The translations under genes were made by a program, and so were the position numbers. A DNA stretch of 64,000 nt. It comes from a virus. A model generated the notes under the pieces. It was not told the DNA's origin. It saw only the letters and a list, made by a program, of their open reading frames with translations, and did no database searches. The first letter of the stretch is position 1; every line of letters starts with the position of its first letter. Positions 39,001 to 45,827 of this stretch are shown piece by piece. Location of the stretch: the IMG/VR virus record IMGVR_UViG_3300040801_001133, positions 1 to 64,000 of that record, one strand, 5' to 3'.

Positions 39001-39666
39001 TTCCCCTATATTAAAAAAGATGGTAAAGCTACTATAAAATTAGGACCAGATGGCAAAAGTAAAGAAGTTAGTCCAGAAATAGTAGGTCTTATCAGAGTGT
39101 TTAAAGAAGCTAGAGCTTCATTTGATTCTGCTGTATTGGATTCAATGGAATCTAGTATTGAGTCCGGGACTTCATTTAGTTCTAATGAAGCTAGAATGGC
39201 TTATGGTGTAAAGGATATTTATGAGTTTATGAGTATGCTTACTACGGATAAAGAATTTAGAGATAGAATGTCTAAAATTCCTTACAAGAATACTAATAAG
39301 TCAATATGGGAGAAATTTATTGATTCTATTAGAAGAATTATAGGTAATATTACGGGGATAGAACCTAATAGTATTGCTATGGAGGGTATTGGTTTGACTT
39401 TAGAAATAGTTGAACAACAATCTAAAACAGCAAAGAACTTGTTTGATATAATGGAGGATAATGTACAAGCTACTTTAGACTTGTTATCTGAGGCCACTCC
39501 TGACAATCCCATGCCAGGAATAACTGCTGTACAAACTGATGAGAAGCCTATTGATGATAGTTATGATGAAAAGGATGTATATGAGTCTAGAACTAATACT
39601 GTTATGACCAGTTCTCAATTGATTGCCTTTGAAGAATATAAGGAGACACTAGAAAAAGAATGCTAA
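27010..39666 (+). CDS. giant (4218 aa) virion cargo protein containing a two-barrel-type RNA polymerase catalytic DPBB (DFDID) and a C-terminal HExxH
   Basis: FRIPTSSHVSMSKVEIVGFLPPEVGNMLIVPKNLTQQKGLDFDIDKE (nt 35872-36012) parallels RNAP beta-prime NRAPTLHRLG...NADFDGD. HEVVH lies at nt 38965-38979. The N-terminal region has Gly-zipper hydrophobic segments (VIGGVMGGFLFGAMG). Confidence 0.7.
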   Translation: MSSKNNILDQAVQSTLTGGPGKPKKPSILDRIDEETLNNMEIAAPVTQLQRGVSVDNLDEARRLGMNPNLQRGGMNIDQLLGAAQPTSEKFNRLLIGGAVQFAAGFLDNLNYDLPDMTSMLVGQEKEYGSWLTDITGKMKDYAEEYKIYEDGGGYGSMSYWLKQGQNLAYSAGLAASAITEQTVFTALSGATGGSTAPLQGMKAYRSGQLIKGALFGGWKGIQEGHLNGIETYKSVYEGYLREGYTKEQAVKAASRAASVGYNMEVLPLMALNALQFGLVAKYDPFAKGKYKGPNQGISGATEAVTSPLTKGLKGRTKSGVDFLMQGFSEGVEEGLQTYYGKVGEDTARREDKIKFGEFEYMDQEMIDSVIGGVMGGFLFGAMGKLSNRANKKAGDASLGRKYDRFLNNVAVRVEKDIAELDEAYKENNKEKVKDIRARMEMASVSEALQLDYMKDSTTAFDSYIKTLESQKEAAQDPEQKNRIQSAIDNANLYRTKAYTNLVDYSDPLVAFEITHKQLAVDRVLGFKSEKEREIAEFGKGDKYYENLTPENRERTKDYVEFLALKEVAESGTAITEQQKDRLVELNDQFKDYRKTSKANMSALDANTFGKLFELQVDKNLYESQLIDLNDAINYWNNPKNIQKEKERRFKEKAEKALADDKDLTKEEAQKVEEDLSKEGLLDEETQNKIDKKKAQAEAKKAKETRDEKNAAQQSTVDLMNMFAPDPEESQRQQRVRQKKQASNKIADAVLPSSFEDIEAQESAAKMDDIDPRYADMFASPFGQVEYSEDQQNKLKSGVKDYYENLEVELGRPPTFDEFIEDYVAFNHKDTAKRAYQALIKGWELNNYKPTNYNKVYRTRLSDRQQLADVLTSTLKDAVNTQENTAKEADKSIESVEREETRPTLDENTKPEDYNDLIDGPTQLSTVSVEPKFDMSLRAYEDNSYINENGVKVRNLESIDTNLQENELTPEAKNLLRADFALEEDEFTVRVATEEELEKMYVRLWEGQNGEFSEKLPWSEWIAKNKVTEDDPLYFSKVPMLIVNPATGKAVAFVRDVEWYTRYNFGLKGDSSQEAMIEEARAKTMKVRKAVVESGGIHTVKVTNKRIGKDSFVKYEDNKLVPIFENNPQTALGYWNGTKFITDKGEFYEDTVSIHEGGFDTGHIYEIRRSNVPDRHIAFKPHYGEIGQDVQHSLYNAAMIFLDYNKVFQEEAEAFKKASGIDLNTLDGLITHFKNFVRIDTRFKNDIIPGNNYGEVEQNANEYYSTDQGFEGGTPYIFTQKVGKKIGIYFGVVGVLNDNGKQTQKLFSNNSQIKSEFTYFLSQMKVNINERMLTDDAQMVLMDSQMNSYTSKKKYKDYAAERIRTNVKSFNVGTETNPYYVTSVVPVVEYELSNTVARDVESGNISTETVEKVSDKISKSQPLNPTEEEVVNAKPKEVAEVVEQKAEDTAKEVIEQDTEDAPTEIPQEALTALRNAYKLFEENGNVNGQEAIRAKVRQLGGKIDEEGFFSPSQKIDPMQQEASRTLFGDLFGLTILQNSDIVKAVYNKLATKFDFKKGTVITQEELLKSTDESVRDNVFIKGMEKQEAAIKSLEEAYSVFPDESVAELIEEAKNTLVNYHRVIDNWTNKQNTGIRDQAFKLLKKWTTGSEGSVDTRDEINVDDQIGELDVETDQIYSKTSLEEWGKDNSSYRLRRFLNGIIETTHVVRKDGKIIKDVTVSYDVEAGLVAYDTNNKLIRGAEIESKIQKGYLGVNRYVGFNKAYDIIKETLNSPSQSPSTVEDVISRLAEHTVANPWLVQVIERLKSDQTDSRIPQEMVYNMVDHNASYKFVMFEKKKNGTYRLSVYDSNAGDIVRVIRNRWKENLKSNKTELTYVNEEGQYMLRHSKLKELVQQYETEFVPKLRAAKAKNNKGAKADISIKAMSNWLAQMGIEVSDKTLIDVKKRGMWVGSDNKPVTFNNLFVTPKGKKNQTKTAGLFGALYNTLNQLASRGQDLEFIEEPKNSPIGDIGNIGDSLARIESRYNLYTTTKTFRDGGKSFSGFIAPTHSTETIDKLKQDEEFRNQLKNKVFNRHSYILKMIDKNYKLRDKISISQLGNTAIKEKGASIYGKNSITDLPDADHEGVKLGMFMDKNQGASFDVHSSVGFGRDYIKTRMARMFVPTMSDKSRMSLLHIPVLDVTSKHIDLENNRLDDGLLDIIYSQMVKPELDRIVKYHKDKKRTNIKGYDHAAKMFNFLPSINNIEHEGQSILLHLEENSGKYTTEYVEEVLMEQIRDKINEYIFNEISRKIKLSQDGIKEGDWVTAGFLGRNENNDEVIQFLDETYMSQYSGDIYTKLRMAAADFVINSNITNANTHMLLSGDIALYGKNSTKEYFKDGEVYLPNKEKFGEDVYQLHAKELGTNLGKRLANQVAPGRKLAMKKNEKYIQLYLNDFFDHSTNITMLASKLDKKELSNSDLQLIREINANANGDGTLTQGQKDKYKNLKKRFPNTAPYFELESTDAQEYTTASEHLRVLWGQGRLDKDTHTKLKNKIKKQRKAERNNDPIPDDAKFDHEELTLFFQPMKPVYTGFINDEVNGVMRTVYIKSSSIPLLPQVTSGLEIDGLRKLMEGYENDSGLKVRASYESANKVGANTNAIHVFDKNGKFNSRLLNGIGEEAKKERNREVKHALDEAVLVLNRESFKIQQDVPFKLDKNEVTLGTQTLKLLFGNGVTEMEGFSFRGNDNVSGKELRDRFNKLFNDYISDKRLALLEELGMNTDGTAKDPVRTKKKIQKLLKKEAEERGYPRQDIEALKLTEVRNSQGRIIDYKFKLPPWISPNSNKYESLLNSIINSRTVKMKMPGTSYVVASEAGFQRKANISNKEVQSRIIYTDKWEGKLKAADLEYYTNNEGKQKKRVKSVQVLAPSKFRDINGELVKLILDNGEPNPLYVEKDENGVLRLKEGMLESGMKDMFTFRIPTSSHVSMSKVEIVGFLPPEVGNMLIVPKNLTQQKGLDFDIDKETAYYNHTYVTGTGKIVPFGGKEWQIDADIVQEKFDIIEELYQENKDLLKDEQTLTDLYLNAIENGTVKESVLYKKRLDEVKSLKSTDLTQDDYFAARKEYEKFHGTKAKQKVMENEMVDIHMSVISNEQMFEKVNKVLSMASAKEQSIAISSQAESDSLANFSILSDTYQKSKMALGSSGKLGIGVYSNFVVLNSQIQQTDSDHYLQYTKEDGTTENFNFNIGGIKSDGRISNSQTLGTIKRDIADVLAERQNTATDNEKEQIMGRVNINSQTINFDVVMILLGYDKTPMHYVKYFNEETGQQEERYFETQKEKQDHIKKVKKDQKGLIRISKDYSELSIPYAFTSQPIIREYTEMMKAGKSKFQEYNPSLETDVIGYLMDKYNFDEDIDPKDLDAKLTGETLFRNLSKPEDRIQTRILQLFQIINGQAKELSELQKVLNINNGGLGRSFFDVIEKYDNLAKGGFGGQNLSNRDDLIGDILYFSEEQLEGGESFDDLLEQRTKDGYFYFQDRYSTEIRKGTFVKPTTPSSSMLIQSIHTGYNLWKDYYPYSSVNVSMQIDNIRENILGKRELSSQKKSEVNQEIFAEMRKYLLASSKFGLFTGDIQKKRAKLFFDTKENTSLAQFLKDKMLTDERLQNNKLLSRFEFKLESNGLPSLIKYDNTQNEDFDEDYLYIALLELMQEDRSLGEYQGREYTTKDLAKDLVTYSYLGEPVQEAIQFLRYIPISYLESVGFSDNAAKMDEKIRPGIFDTLLGKKRFAEQYAQHNAGKLTKIDLDASYISNKEYGVKKSKESLMSFSVNYMADSMTEGLAKKLDGKSYVTFYNKNLKKGTQKYQVYKAIRNSLGTITHYQRISVLGVHGLSEYQLTRDTAPRESLVNPIYKKTSPKPIPATPEPENNKTLTLGQEVESLSKSTDIPTELQELAKVLLPKIDTSINIEEVYFASKFPKYSADEGVYQSEEHKIYLNKGNPVNATKAGRARVLLHEVVHALTVRHVFPYIKKDGKATIKLGPDGKSKEVSPEIVGLIRVFKEARASFDSAVLDSMESSIESGTSFSSNEARMAYGVKDIYEFMSMLTTDKEFRDRMSKIPYKNTNKSIWEKFIDSIRRIIGNITGIEPNSIAMEGIGLTLEIVEQQSKTAKNLFDIMEDNVQATLDLLSEATPDNPMPGITAVQTDEKPIDDSYDEKDVYESRTNTVMTSSQLIAFEEYKETLEKEC

Positions 39667-39667
39667 T

Positions 39668-42600
39668 ATGAGCTGTATTTATATAAAGGATGGGAACAGA
39701 CTAAATGAAGATCAACTAAAAAAAGATTTTAGTCAGTCTATTAATAATAGGGTAGAATCTGAAAGTTTCTTTTCTATTAATTCCACCATATATGACCCCA
39801 CCTTTACTAAGGCTGTGGAATATAAAAAAGATTTACTAAGACTTTTAGAGAAAAGAATTAGAAGTCTGGGTAAGCAGGCTAAAGACAATTCGGGTGATAT
39901 AGATTTAGTCTCTGATCTTTTAAACAAGAAAAGAATTACCGAAGAAAGGGCAGCTCTTCTTGAAAGAGATATAGCTATAATGAATAATAAAGAGGCTGCT
40001 AATCTTTTTAAACTGGCTTTCTACGCCCAGGAAGATTTTAAGAGACTAGACTATCTTCTAGCTAATGATGATAGTGCCGAAGCTATTCAAGAAGCTACTA
40101 AAATTGTAAATTTTTATATTGAAATAGGTAGACTAGATAGATATAATCCTATTATTCCAAAAGATGGAATGGTTGATTCTGAGGGAAATATCATTTTAAA
40201 AGATTCAATTAGGGATATACTTCTTGATCTTAAAGATAAAGCACTCATAAGAAAAACTAAGTTAGAAGGTATAAGTCAGACCAAAGCCATGAATTTTATT
40301 AATAATCTTAATAAGGTTCAAAGAATGTATGGTGAAGATGGTAAACTGTCTTTTGATGAAGTATTCTATACAGAAAAAGGACTAAAAGACGCTAATTGGG
40401 TAGATATGTTTGTGATGGATATTACAAATGGTATATTCTCTCATAATGGATTAGCTCCACAAGCTATGATGGTAATACTTCAAGAAGCCATAGCTGATGC
40501 TACTATTTTTGCAAAGGATGCTCAAAGAACAGTAGATAAACTTAAGGATGATGTAGAGAGGATACTTCGTGAGGAACTAAACCAAGGGTTTAAAACCCTT
40601 GGTTTTAAGGGTGTTTCATATGATATTTTTAAAGCTAAGGACGAGGATGGTAACTTTAAGGATGCCATAGTTCAAAGATTTTCTACTAAGTACTTTAATA
40701 TGAAGAAAGCCCAGGATAGAGCTTTTTTCAACTTATACAATATAGCTAATTCAGCTAAAACTGAGACTAGGAGACAAAAAATCATGGCTAATGCTAATAG
40801 AAAGAGGGGTAATTGGTACAGAGCTAATACTATCATTATAGACCCTTCTATGTTACCTGAAGTAATTTCTAATTCAGATTACTCATCTAAAGAGTTAGCT
40901 AATGAACAAGAAGCAGAAGCCTATAAGAAAGAACTAATTAAAGTTCTTGGTTCAGAATTAGCATACAATGAACAAGTTAATATTCAGCTTAACAAGTTAA
41001 AAGATTATAAAGCAAATAGGGCAAGTAGAATTAATGCTCTAATAGCAGAAAATGGAGTATCACAAGAGTCTGAGTTAGATGCTGAGCATAAGAAAAAACT
41101 GCTGTATTGGGAACAGTATAATGACCCCTTTGAAGGAGCAAAACAATTTAAAGATAAAAGGGTAAGAACTCTTAATAAAGGCCAAAATAATTTTAAGACT
41201 ACTCCTAATATTAAGTTTGGTAAAAAGAATAGAGAACAAATTATTGTTAATTTAGATACCAAGAACTCTTCAATAGTAATTGAGGATAGGAAAATTAGTG
41301 GTGCTAAGAAAGGAGATGAAATAGTGTTTAGAAATGCTGCACCTAAACATTCCATTACTTACAATGCTAATAATGGAAGTTTCTCTAGTACTGCTCAAAT
41401 AAGTATGAGATTTAACGGCACTTCATGGGATGTATTTCAGGATACTAACATGAAGTTTAATCAGGACATACCAAAAAGGTCAAATTCAACATCTAATGAT
41501 TTAGGACTGTATGATAAGAATTTTGAGATTATTGAAAAACACGCCCCATTACTAGAATTTCACCAGCTTTTAATGACTGTCCAACAAAAAATGGAAAAGG
41601 TAATGCCTCCTGAAGTTAGAATGAAGTTTGGTCAGAACTCATTAGTAACTATGAAAAAGGGAATATTTGAAATACTAGCTGATACTAGTATGGAACCTAT
41701 GGAAAGACTCTTTAAAGCTATGGGAGAACTTTATGACCGTATTAGACTGTCTTTTGGTATAAATCCCCAATCTCTTACCTCTCAAGTGCCTGTAGACCCA
41801 ATTACAGGTATACCAGAATATACGGTTAATGCAGACTTTTTTAAATCTAATAGAACCAGGATTAATGAATTAAGAACTATTGAGGAAGCTAGAATGAGTG
41901 TTGCATTAAAAAAAGACTTAAGCATACAAAATATTTGGGACATTAATAAGATTACTGATGAGGCTGTACAGGTGCTTGCTGAAAACTTAGGTGTATATGC
42001 TGATACTACTACTCCCCAAACTAAGGCCAAGACCATAGAAGCATTAAAGAAAAGATTACCCAGTCAAGACCTTAGTAAGTTTAATCTGTCTAGAGTACTT
42101 AATTCAGCTATTGAAAGCCAAGTAGTCCAAGAAGCCAGTTTTGACCTTCCTAAAATGATTAAGCTTTACTCAAATCTAACTGCTGAGTATGAGGCTAGAC
42201 AGGTAGTTAAACCAGCTCTTGATTTGATTAAGAAGCACTACCAGGCCATTGAAAAACCCGAAGAAAGTAATCTTGGTTATGGATTATCCAGTAATGGAGA
42301 GAAAGTAACCAACGGGGTTAGAACCCAAGCTAATGCGCAGATGGATTCTTGGTATCAAAGAGCTGCTCTTGGAAACTATGGGAGTAAAGCAGAGTTAGGA
42401 GATACCAGAATTATTAATAAAGCAAATATCGGTGACATTGGATTAAAACCAGGGAAACTTAAAGATACCTTAGATAAGATTAGAATGCCTATTACCGGTA
42501 AAATTTTATCAAAACAAGATAAAATAGATAGAGATAAAATTAATAATATACTTGAAAATGAAGATTTTAAGGGAGATGAACAAGCCCTTGTAGAACAGAG

Positions 42601-44332
42601 AAACAGATTAGGAAAACAGTTTAGTGGAGTTGCTATGTTTGACTCTATATTTAACTTCATAAGACTTAAGGGATTGGGGTGGAATTTAAGCTCTTATGTT
42701 ACCAACTTTATGGAAGGTCAAACAGCTAATATGATTATAGCTGCTAGGGGAGATTACTTTGAACCTGATTTGATTTATGCAGCCAACCATATTGTAAAGG
42801 GTTCTATTCTTAAGAACCTTAATAAAAGAATAGCTACTCCTGGCTCACTAAAAACTAGGGTTTTTATGGATAGGTGGGATGTACTACAGGATGCATCCAA
42901 TGAATTACAGAAGGCTTCTACTAAATCTGCTTTTTCCCGTCTTGGTGTACTAGAGCCCTATGAAGGAACTAGAAGAACAGAGTATTTAAATCAGGCTCCT
43001 CTTATGGTTGCTATGATGATGGATATTAATATCAAAGATAAAGATGGTAATGAATCCACCTTATGGGAAGCAGTAGATGAAGAAGGTAAACTTATAGATG
43101 GATTTAATACTGAGGAAAATATAAATAACTGGGAAAAATCACAAGGACAAGAGTATAAAGATTTTAAATCTAAGCTAACCAAACTTATTGTAGATGCTCA
43201 CGGTGATTACGATCAACTAAGGGGTAACATGGCCTCTGAATATTCTACTGGTAAAGCATTTCTTATGTTTAAAAGGTGGCTATCCAGACAAGTATATCAA
43301 AGATTTGCTAGTGTTGGTTATACTGAACCTGATGCAGACGGAAATAGAGAAAGAATCTTTCAGGATGATTTAGAATCTGAAATTAAAGATTTTGGTGGAA
43401 GGTACTGGTCACACACTCAAGCTAGTGGTATGATACACGGGGCTATATTAGGTATAGGGGGTTTATCATTAGTTGGTGCAGGTCCCTTAGGCTTGTTCTT
43501 GGGCAGTGCTGTTGGCGCACTAGGAGGTAAACTATATGGCGCTAAAAGTAACTTATCATTTCTTGAAGATTTAGCTATAACTGGTAAGAACATGGCTATG
43601 ACAATGATGGCCATTCCAATAAATAATGTTGTTGGTGAGGCCAAAATTAAAGTAGATAGTGTTGATGAAATGACAGGTAATTATAGAATAACAGAAAGAG
43701 ATGCCAAGAACATGAGAGCAAACCTAGTTGAAATGTCTATTACCTTGGCTTGGATAGGATTTATTTTAGGTACTAAAGCTCTTCTATTTGATGATGAAGA
43801 TGAACCAGATGACCCCCGTAGAATGGTACATAATTTATTAGCCAACAGATTTATGACTTTATCATCACAAGCTGGTATGTACCTAGCACCTTCTGATTTC
43901 TATGAAAATACACTAGGTAGTATGGCTCTTATGAGATTTTTTGATGATGTACAGAAAACTGGATTTTACGCAGCTAAAGCTATTGAAGGGAGAGATATAT
44001 TGGCTGCTGGGCCTAATGCAGGAGAATCCGCACTTTATAATCAAACACTAAAAACCTTTTTCCCTGCTGTAGGTAGAGACTTAACTAATATACTTGTAAG
44101 AGGAAATATACCAACAGGAGGATTTGGTACTGCAATGGGCGGACAATTTATGCCAATGCATTATGATGATTGGTTTGATGGTGCTTATACCAAAGCACAC
44201 AGGAAAGTTAAAAGGCTAAGATCAGAAAGAACCATAGAATTACAAAAAGACCATTCTATTCCTGTGAAGGATATTACTAAAATACTTGATAAAGAATTAC
44301 CCTATCCCAAGAAACCTAAGGTCAGTGAATAA
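39668..44332 (+). CDS. large (1554 aa) cargo/ejection protein with C-terminal membrane segments
   Basis: Uninterrupted ORF. Hydrophobic Gly-zipper segments lie near the C-terminus (GMIHGAILGIGGLSLVGAGPLGLFLGSAVGALGG; MSITLAWIGFILGTKALLF). Confidence 0.5.
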   Translation: MSCIYIKDGNRLNEDQLKKDFSQSINNRVESESFFSINSTIYDPTFTKAVEYKKDLLRLLEKRIRSLGKQAKDNSGDIDLVSDLLNKKRITEERAALLERDIAIMNNKEAANLFKLAFYAQEDFKRLDYLLANDDSAEAIQEATKIVNFYIEIGRLDRYNPIIPKDGMVDSEGNIILKDSIRDILLDLKDKALIRKTKLEGISQTKAMNFINNLNKVQRMYGEDGKLSFDEVFYTEKGLKDANWVDMFVMDITNGIFSHNGLAPQAMMVILQEAIADATIFAKDAQRTVDKLKDDVERILREELNQGFKTLGFKGVSYDIFKAKDEDGNFKDAIVQRFSTKYFNMKKAQDRAFFNLYNIANSAKTETRRQKIMANANRKRGNWYRANTIIIDPSMLPEVISNSDYSSKELANEQEAEAYKKELIKVLGSELAYNEQVNIQLNKLKDYKANRASRINALIAENGVSQESELDAEHKKKLLYWEQYNDPFEGAKQFKDKRVRTLNKGQNNFKTTPNIKFGKKNREQIIVNLDTKNSSIVIEDRKISGAKKGDEIVFRNAAPKHSITYNANNGSFSSTAQISMRFNGTSWDVFQDTNMKFNQDIPKRSNSTSNDLGLYDKNFEIIEKHAPLLEFHQLLMTVQQKMEKVMPPEVRMKFGQNSLVTMKKGIFEILADTSMEPMERLFKAMGELYDRIRLSFGINPQSLTSQVPVDPITGIPEYTVNADFFKSNRTRINELRTIEEARMSVALKKDLSIQNIWDINKITDEAVQVLAENLGVYADTTTPQTKAKTIEALKKRLPSQDLSKFNLSRVLNSAIESQVVQEASFDLPKMIKLYSNLTAEYEARQVVKPALDLIKKHYQAIEKPEESNLGYGLSSNGEKVTNGVRTQANAQMDSWYQRAALGNYGSKAELGDTRIINKANIGDIGLKPGKLKDTLDKIRMPITGKILSKQDKIDRDKINNILENEDFKGDEQALVEQRNRLGKQFSGVAMFDSIFNFIRLKGLGWNLSSYVTNFMEGQTANMIIAARGDYFEPDLIYAANHIVKGSILKNLNKRIATPGSLKTRVFMDRWDVLQDASNELQKASTKSAFSRLGVLEPYEGTRRTEYLNQAPLMVAMMMDINIKDKDGNESTLWEAVDEEGKLIDGFNTEENINNWEKSQGQEYKDFKSKLTKLIVDAHGDYDQLRGNMASEYSTGKAFLMFKRWLSRQVYQRFASVGYTEPDADGNRERIFQDDLESEIKDFGGRYWSHTQASGMIHGAILGIGGLSLVGAGPLGLFLGSAVGALGGKLYGAKSNLSFLEDLAITGKNMAMTMMAIPINNVVGEAKIKVDSVDEMTGNYRITERDAKNMRANLVEMSITLAWIGFILGTKALLFDDEDEPDDPRRMVHNLLANRFMTLSSQAGMYLAPSDFYENTLGSMALMRFFDDVQKTGFYAAKAIEGRDILAAGPNAGESALYNQTLKTFFPAVGRDLTNILVRGNIPTGGFGTAMGGQFMPMHYDDWFDGAYTKAHRKVKRLRSERTIELQKDHSIPVKDITKILDKELPYPKKPKVSE

Positions 44333-44335
44333 AAA

Positions 44336-44367
44336 ATAGCACCCAAGATTTTACTCTTGGGTGCTAT
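44336..44367. terminator. bidirectional intrinsic terminator between the convergent gene blocks
   Basis: ATAGCACCCAAGA / TCTTGGGTGCTAT forms a 13-bp stem with loop TTTTAC. It is flanked by an A-run on one side (a T-run on the - strand) and by T-rich sequence on the other. Confidence 0.65.
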
Positions 44368-44463
44368 TACTATTTAGAAGATTTATCTTCTATTTTAGCT
44401 AAAAAGCCTTTTTTCTTCTTCACTTTAGGAAGATTGCTAGTTGGTTTAAAGTGTTTTTTAATT

Positions 44464-44739
44464 TTACGAATCATGATAGTCAAATTTTTGATTTCTTTTA
44501 AATGTGGTCCAATCTTTTAAATCTTTTAATAGAATAAAATTTGAACTAAATATAGTGTATCCAGCGGGATTTAGCAACCTTATAAGAGAGGGTTTTCCAT
44601 TAGGAGTTAACACTACTTGAAAACCTTCTCTATTTACATAATAATTGTTTTCACTGGGAGCAATTTTATATATAAAATTATGCTTTCTCAGTTCATCATG
44701 TAATCTGCGACCTGCGTAAAACTTCTTATTATTGGACAT
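44464..44739 (-). CDS. hypothetical protein
   Basis: The track start 44760 overlaps the dUTPase end by 20 nt. An in-frame ATG at 44739 (MSNNKKFY...) follows the dUTPase TAA directly. Confidence 0.5.
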   Translation of the reverse strand: MSNNKKFYAGRRLHDELRKHNFIYKIAPSENNYYVNREGFQVVLTPNGKPSLIRLLNPAGYTIFSSNFILLKDLKDWTTFKRNQKFDYHDS

Positions 44740-44740
44740 A

Positions 44741-45247
44741 TTAAATATTTGTACTTCCATAAGCCCCAGTTCCTCTTACTGTCTCAGTAATTGGAATACT
44801 ATCAGCTTGATTAACAAATGTATGCACTAATTGTGCAATTTTCTCCCCCTTAGTTAATTCGGCTAGATAAGGAGTACAATTAATTATTATTACTCCTATC
44901 TCCCCCCTAAAGTCTGAGTCAATGGTTCCAACACCATTACCTACTATAAGCCCTCTTTTAAGAGGTACAGAACCCCTTGACCTCACTTGTAATTCAGTCT
45001 CTTCCTGTAAGGAATTAACATAAATACCAGTACCCAAAAGCACCCTTTCAAACCCACGTAATTTAAACCTCCCCTGATTAAAAGATTCTCTAATTAGTCC
45101 CATTTTTTCAGGTGAAAGTTCAATATTGCCTTTAAACATCTTTTTAATGCTCATAGCTTGAACATCAAAGCCAGCAGAACCTTTAGTTTCATAATGAGGA
45201 GTATCTATTCCCTCATCATAAGTTAAATTTAAATCTAAGCCTTCCAT
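44741..45247 (-). CDS. dut: dUTP diphosphatase (trimeric dUTPase)
   Basis: GSAGFDV, VRSRGS, GVGTIDSDFRGEIGVIIIN (IDxDYRGE-like) and RGTGAYGST (C-terminal RG..GFGST-like motif V). Confidence 0.85.
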   Translation of the reverse strand: MEGLDLNLTYDEGIDTPHYETKGSAGFDVQAMSIKKMFKGNIELSPEKMGLIRESFNQGRFKLRGFERVLLGTGIYVNSLQEETELQVRSRGSVPLKRGLIVGNGVGTIDSDFRGEIGVIIINCTPYLAELTKGEKIAQLVHTFVNQADSIPITETVRGTGAYGSTNI

Positions 45248-45804
45248 GATCCTAAGTTTACTGGTAGTTTATAATTGATTACATCTTGTGGTCTGACTAT
45301 ACATTGATAATTTAGACCCTTTAGTCTTTCGTCTATGATTACTTGAACTATATTCCAATTAAGACCTGCTATACCACAGCCAATAAGAGGAAATATAATC
45401 TCTTTAAAATTATATAGTCTAGCCACTTTATCAAAACAGCTATCAATAAAATCATAACTACCATTTGGCCCAGGCTTTTCTTGGGTTAAGGCATTAAGGA
45501 TAATTCTATTATCTTCTCCACTTATAGGAGTAGCAATAATATCACCTCCTTGCCATCTTTCGTCTTCTGTTAATTCCTGTTTATATTTGGAATAACAATC
45601 TGGAAAATGTGTCTTAACTAAGCCAGCTACACCAGCCCCCATAACTCCATAGGTATTACACCCATGTATAAATACCTCAAATTCTTTATTTTTTAGAATT
45701 GTATCGAGGTTTCCTATTCTATATTTCATAGTTTTCTGTTTACTATGGTTAGGAAATAAATTATAATTCGCTTCATGTATGCTCAGTTCCTCTATCTGCT
45801 GCAT
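45235..45804 (-). CDS. macro domain protein (ADP-ribose binding/hydrolase fold)
   Basis: VFIHGCNTYGVMGAGVAGLV and IFPLIGCGIAGLNWNIV match the two Gly-rich macro-domain loops. The track start 45810 is GTG; the first ATG is at 45804. Confidence 0.65.
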   Translation of the reverse strand: MQQIEELSIHEANYNLFPNHSKQKTMKYRIGNLDTILKNKEFEVFIHGCNTYGVMGAGVAGLVKTHFPDCYSKYKQELTEDERWQGGDIIATPISGEDNRIILNALTQEKPGPNGSYDFIDSCFDKVARLYNFKEIIFPLIGCGIAGLNWNIVQVIIDERLKGLNYQCIVRPQDVINYKLPVNLGSWKA

Positions 45805-45827
45805 ACTCACAGATAAATTGGTTCGGT

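Noticed and set aside
3085-43644. Many 60-116-aa antisense or alternative-frame ORFs inside the large + strand genes (for example 3085-3360, 4817-5050, 10826-11131, 29114-29350, 31146-31382, 41005-41355, 42376-42660)
   Set aside because: All are fully embedded in much longer, motif-bearing ORFs on the opposite strand or in another frame. They have low-complexity Ser/Leu/Ile-rich translations and no start context, so they are probably frame artefacts.
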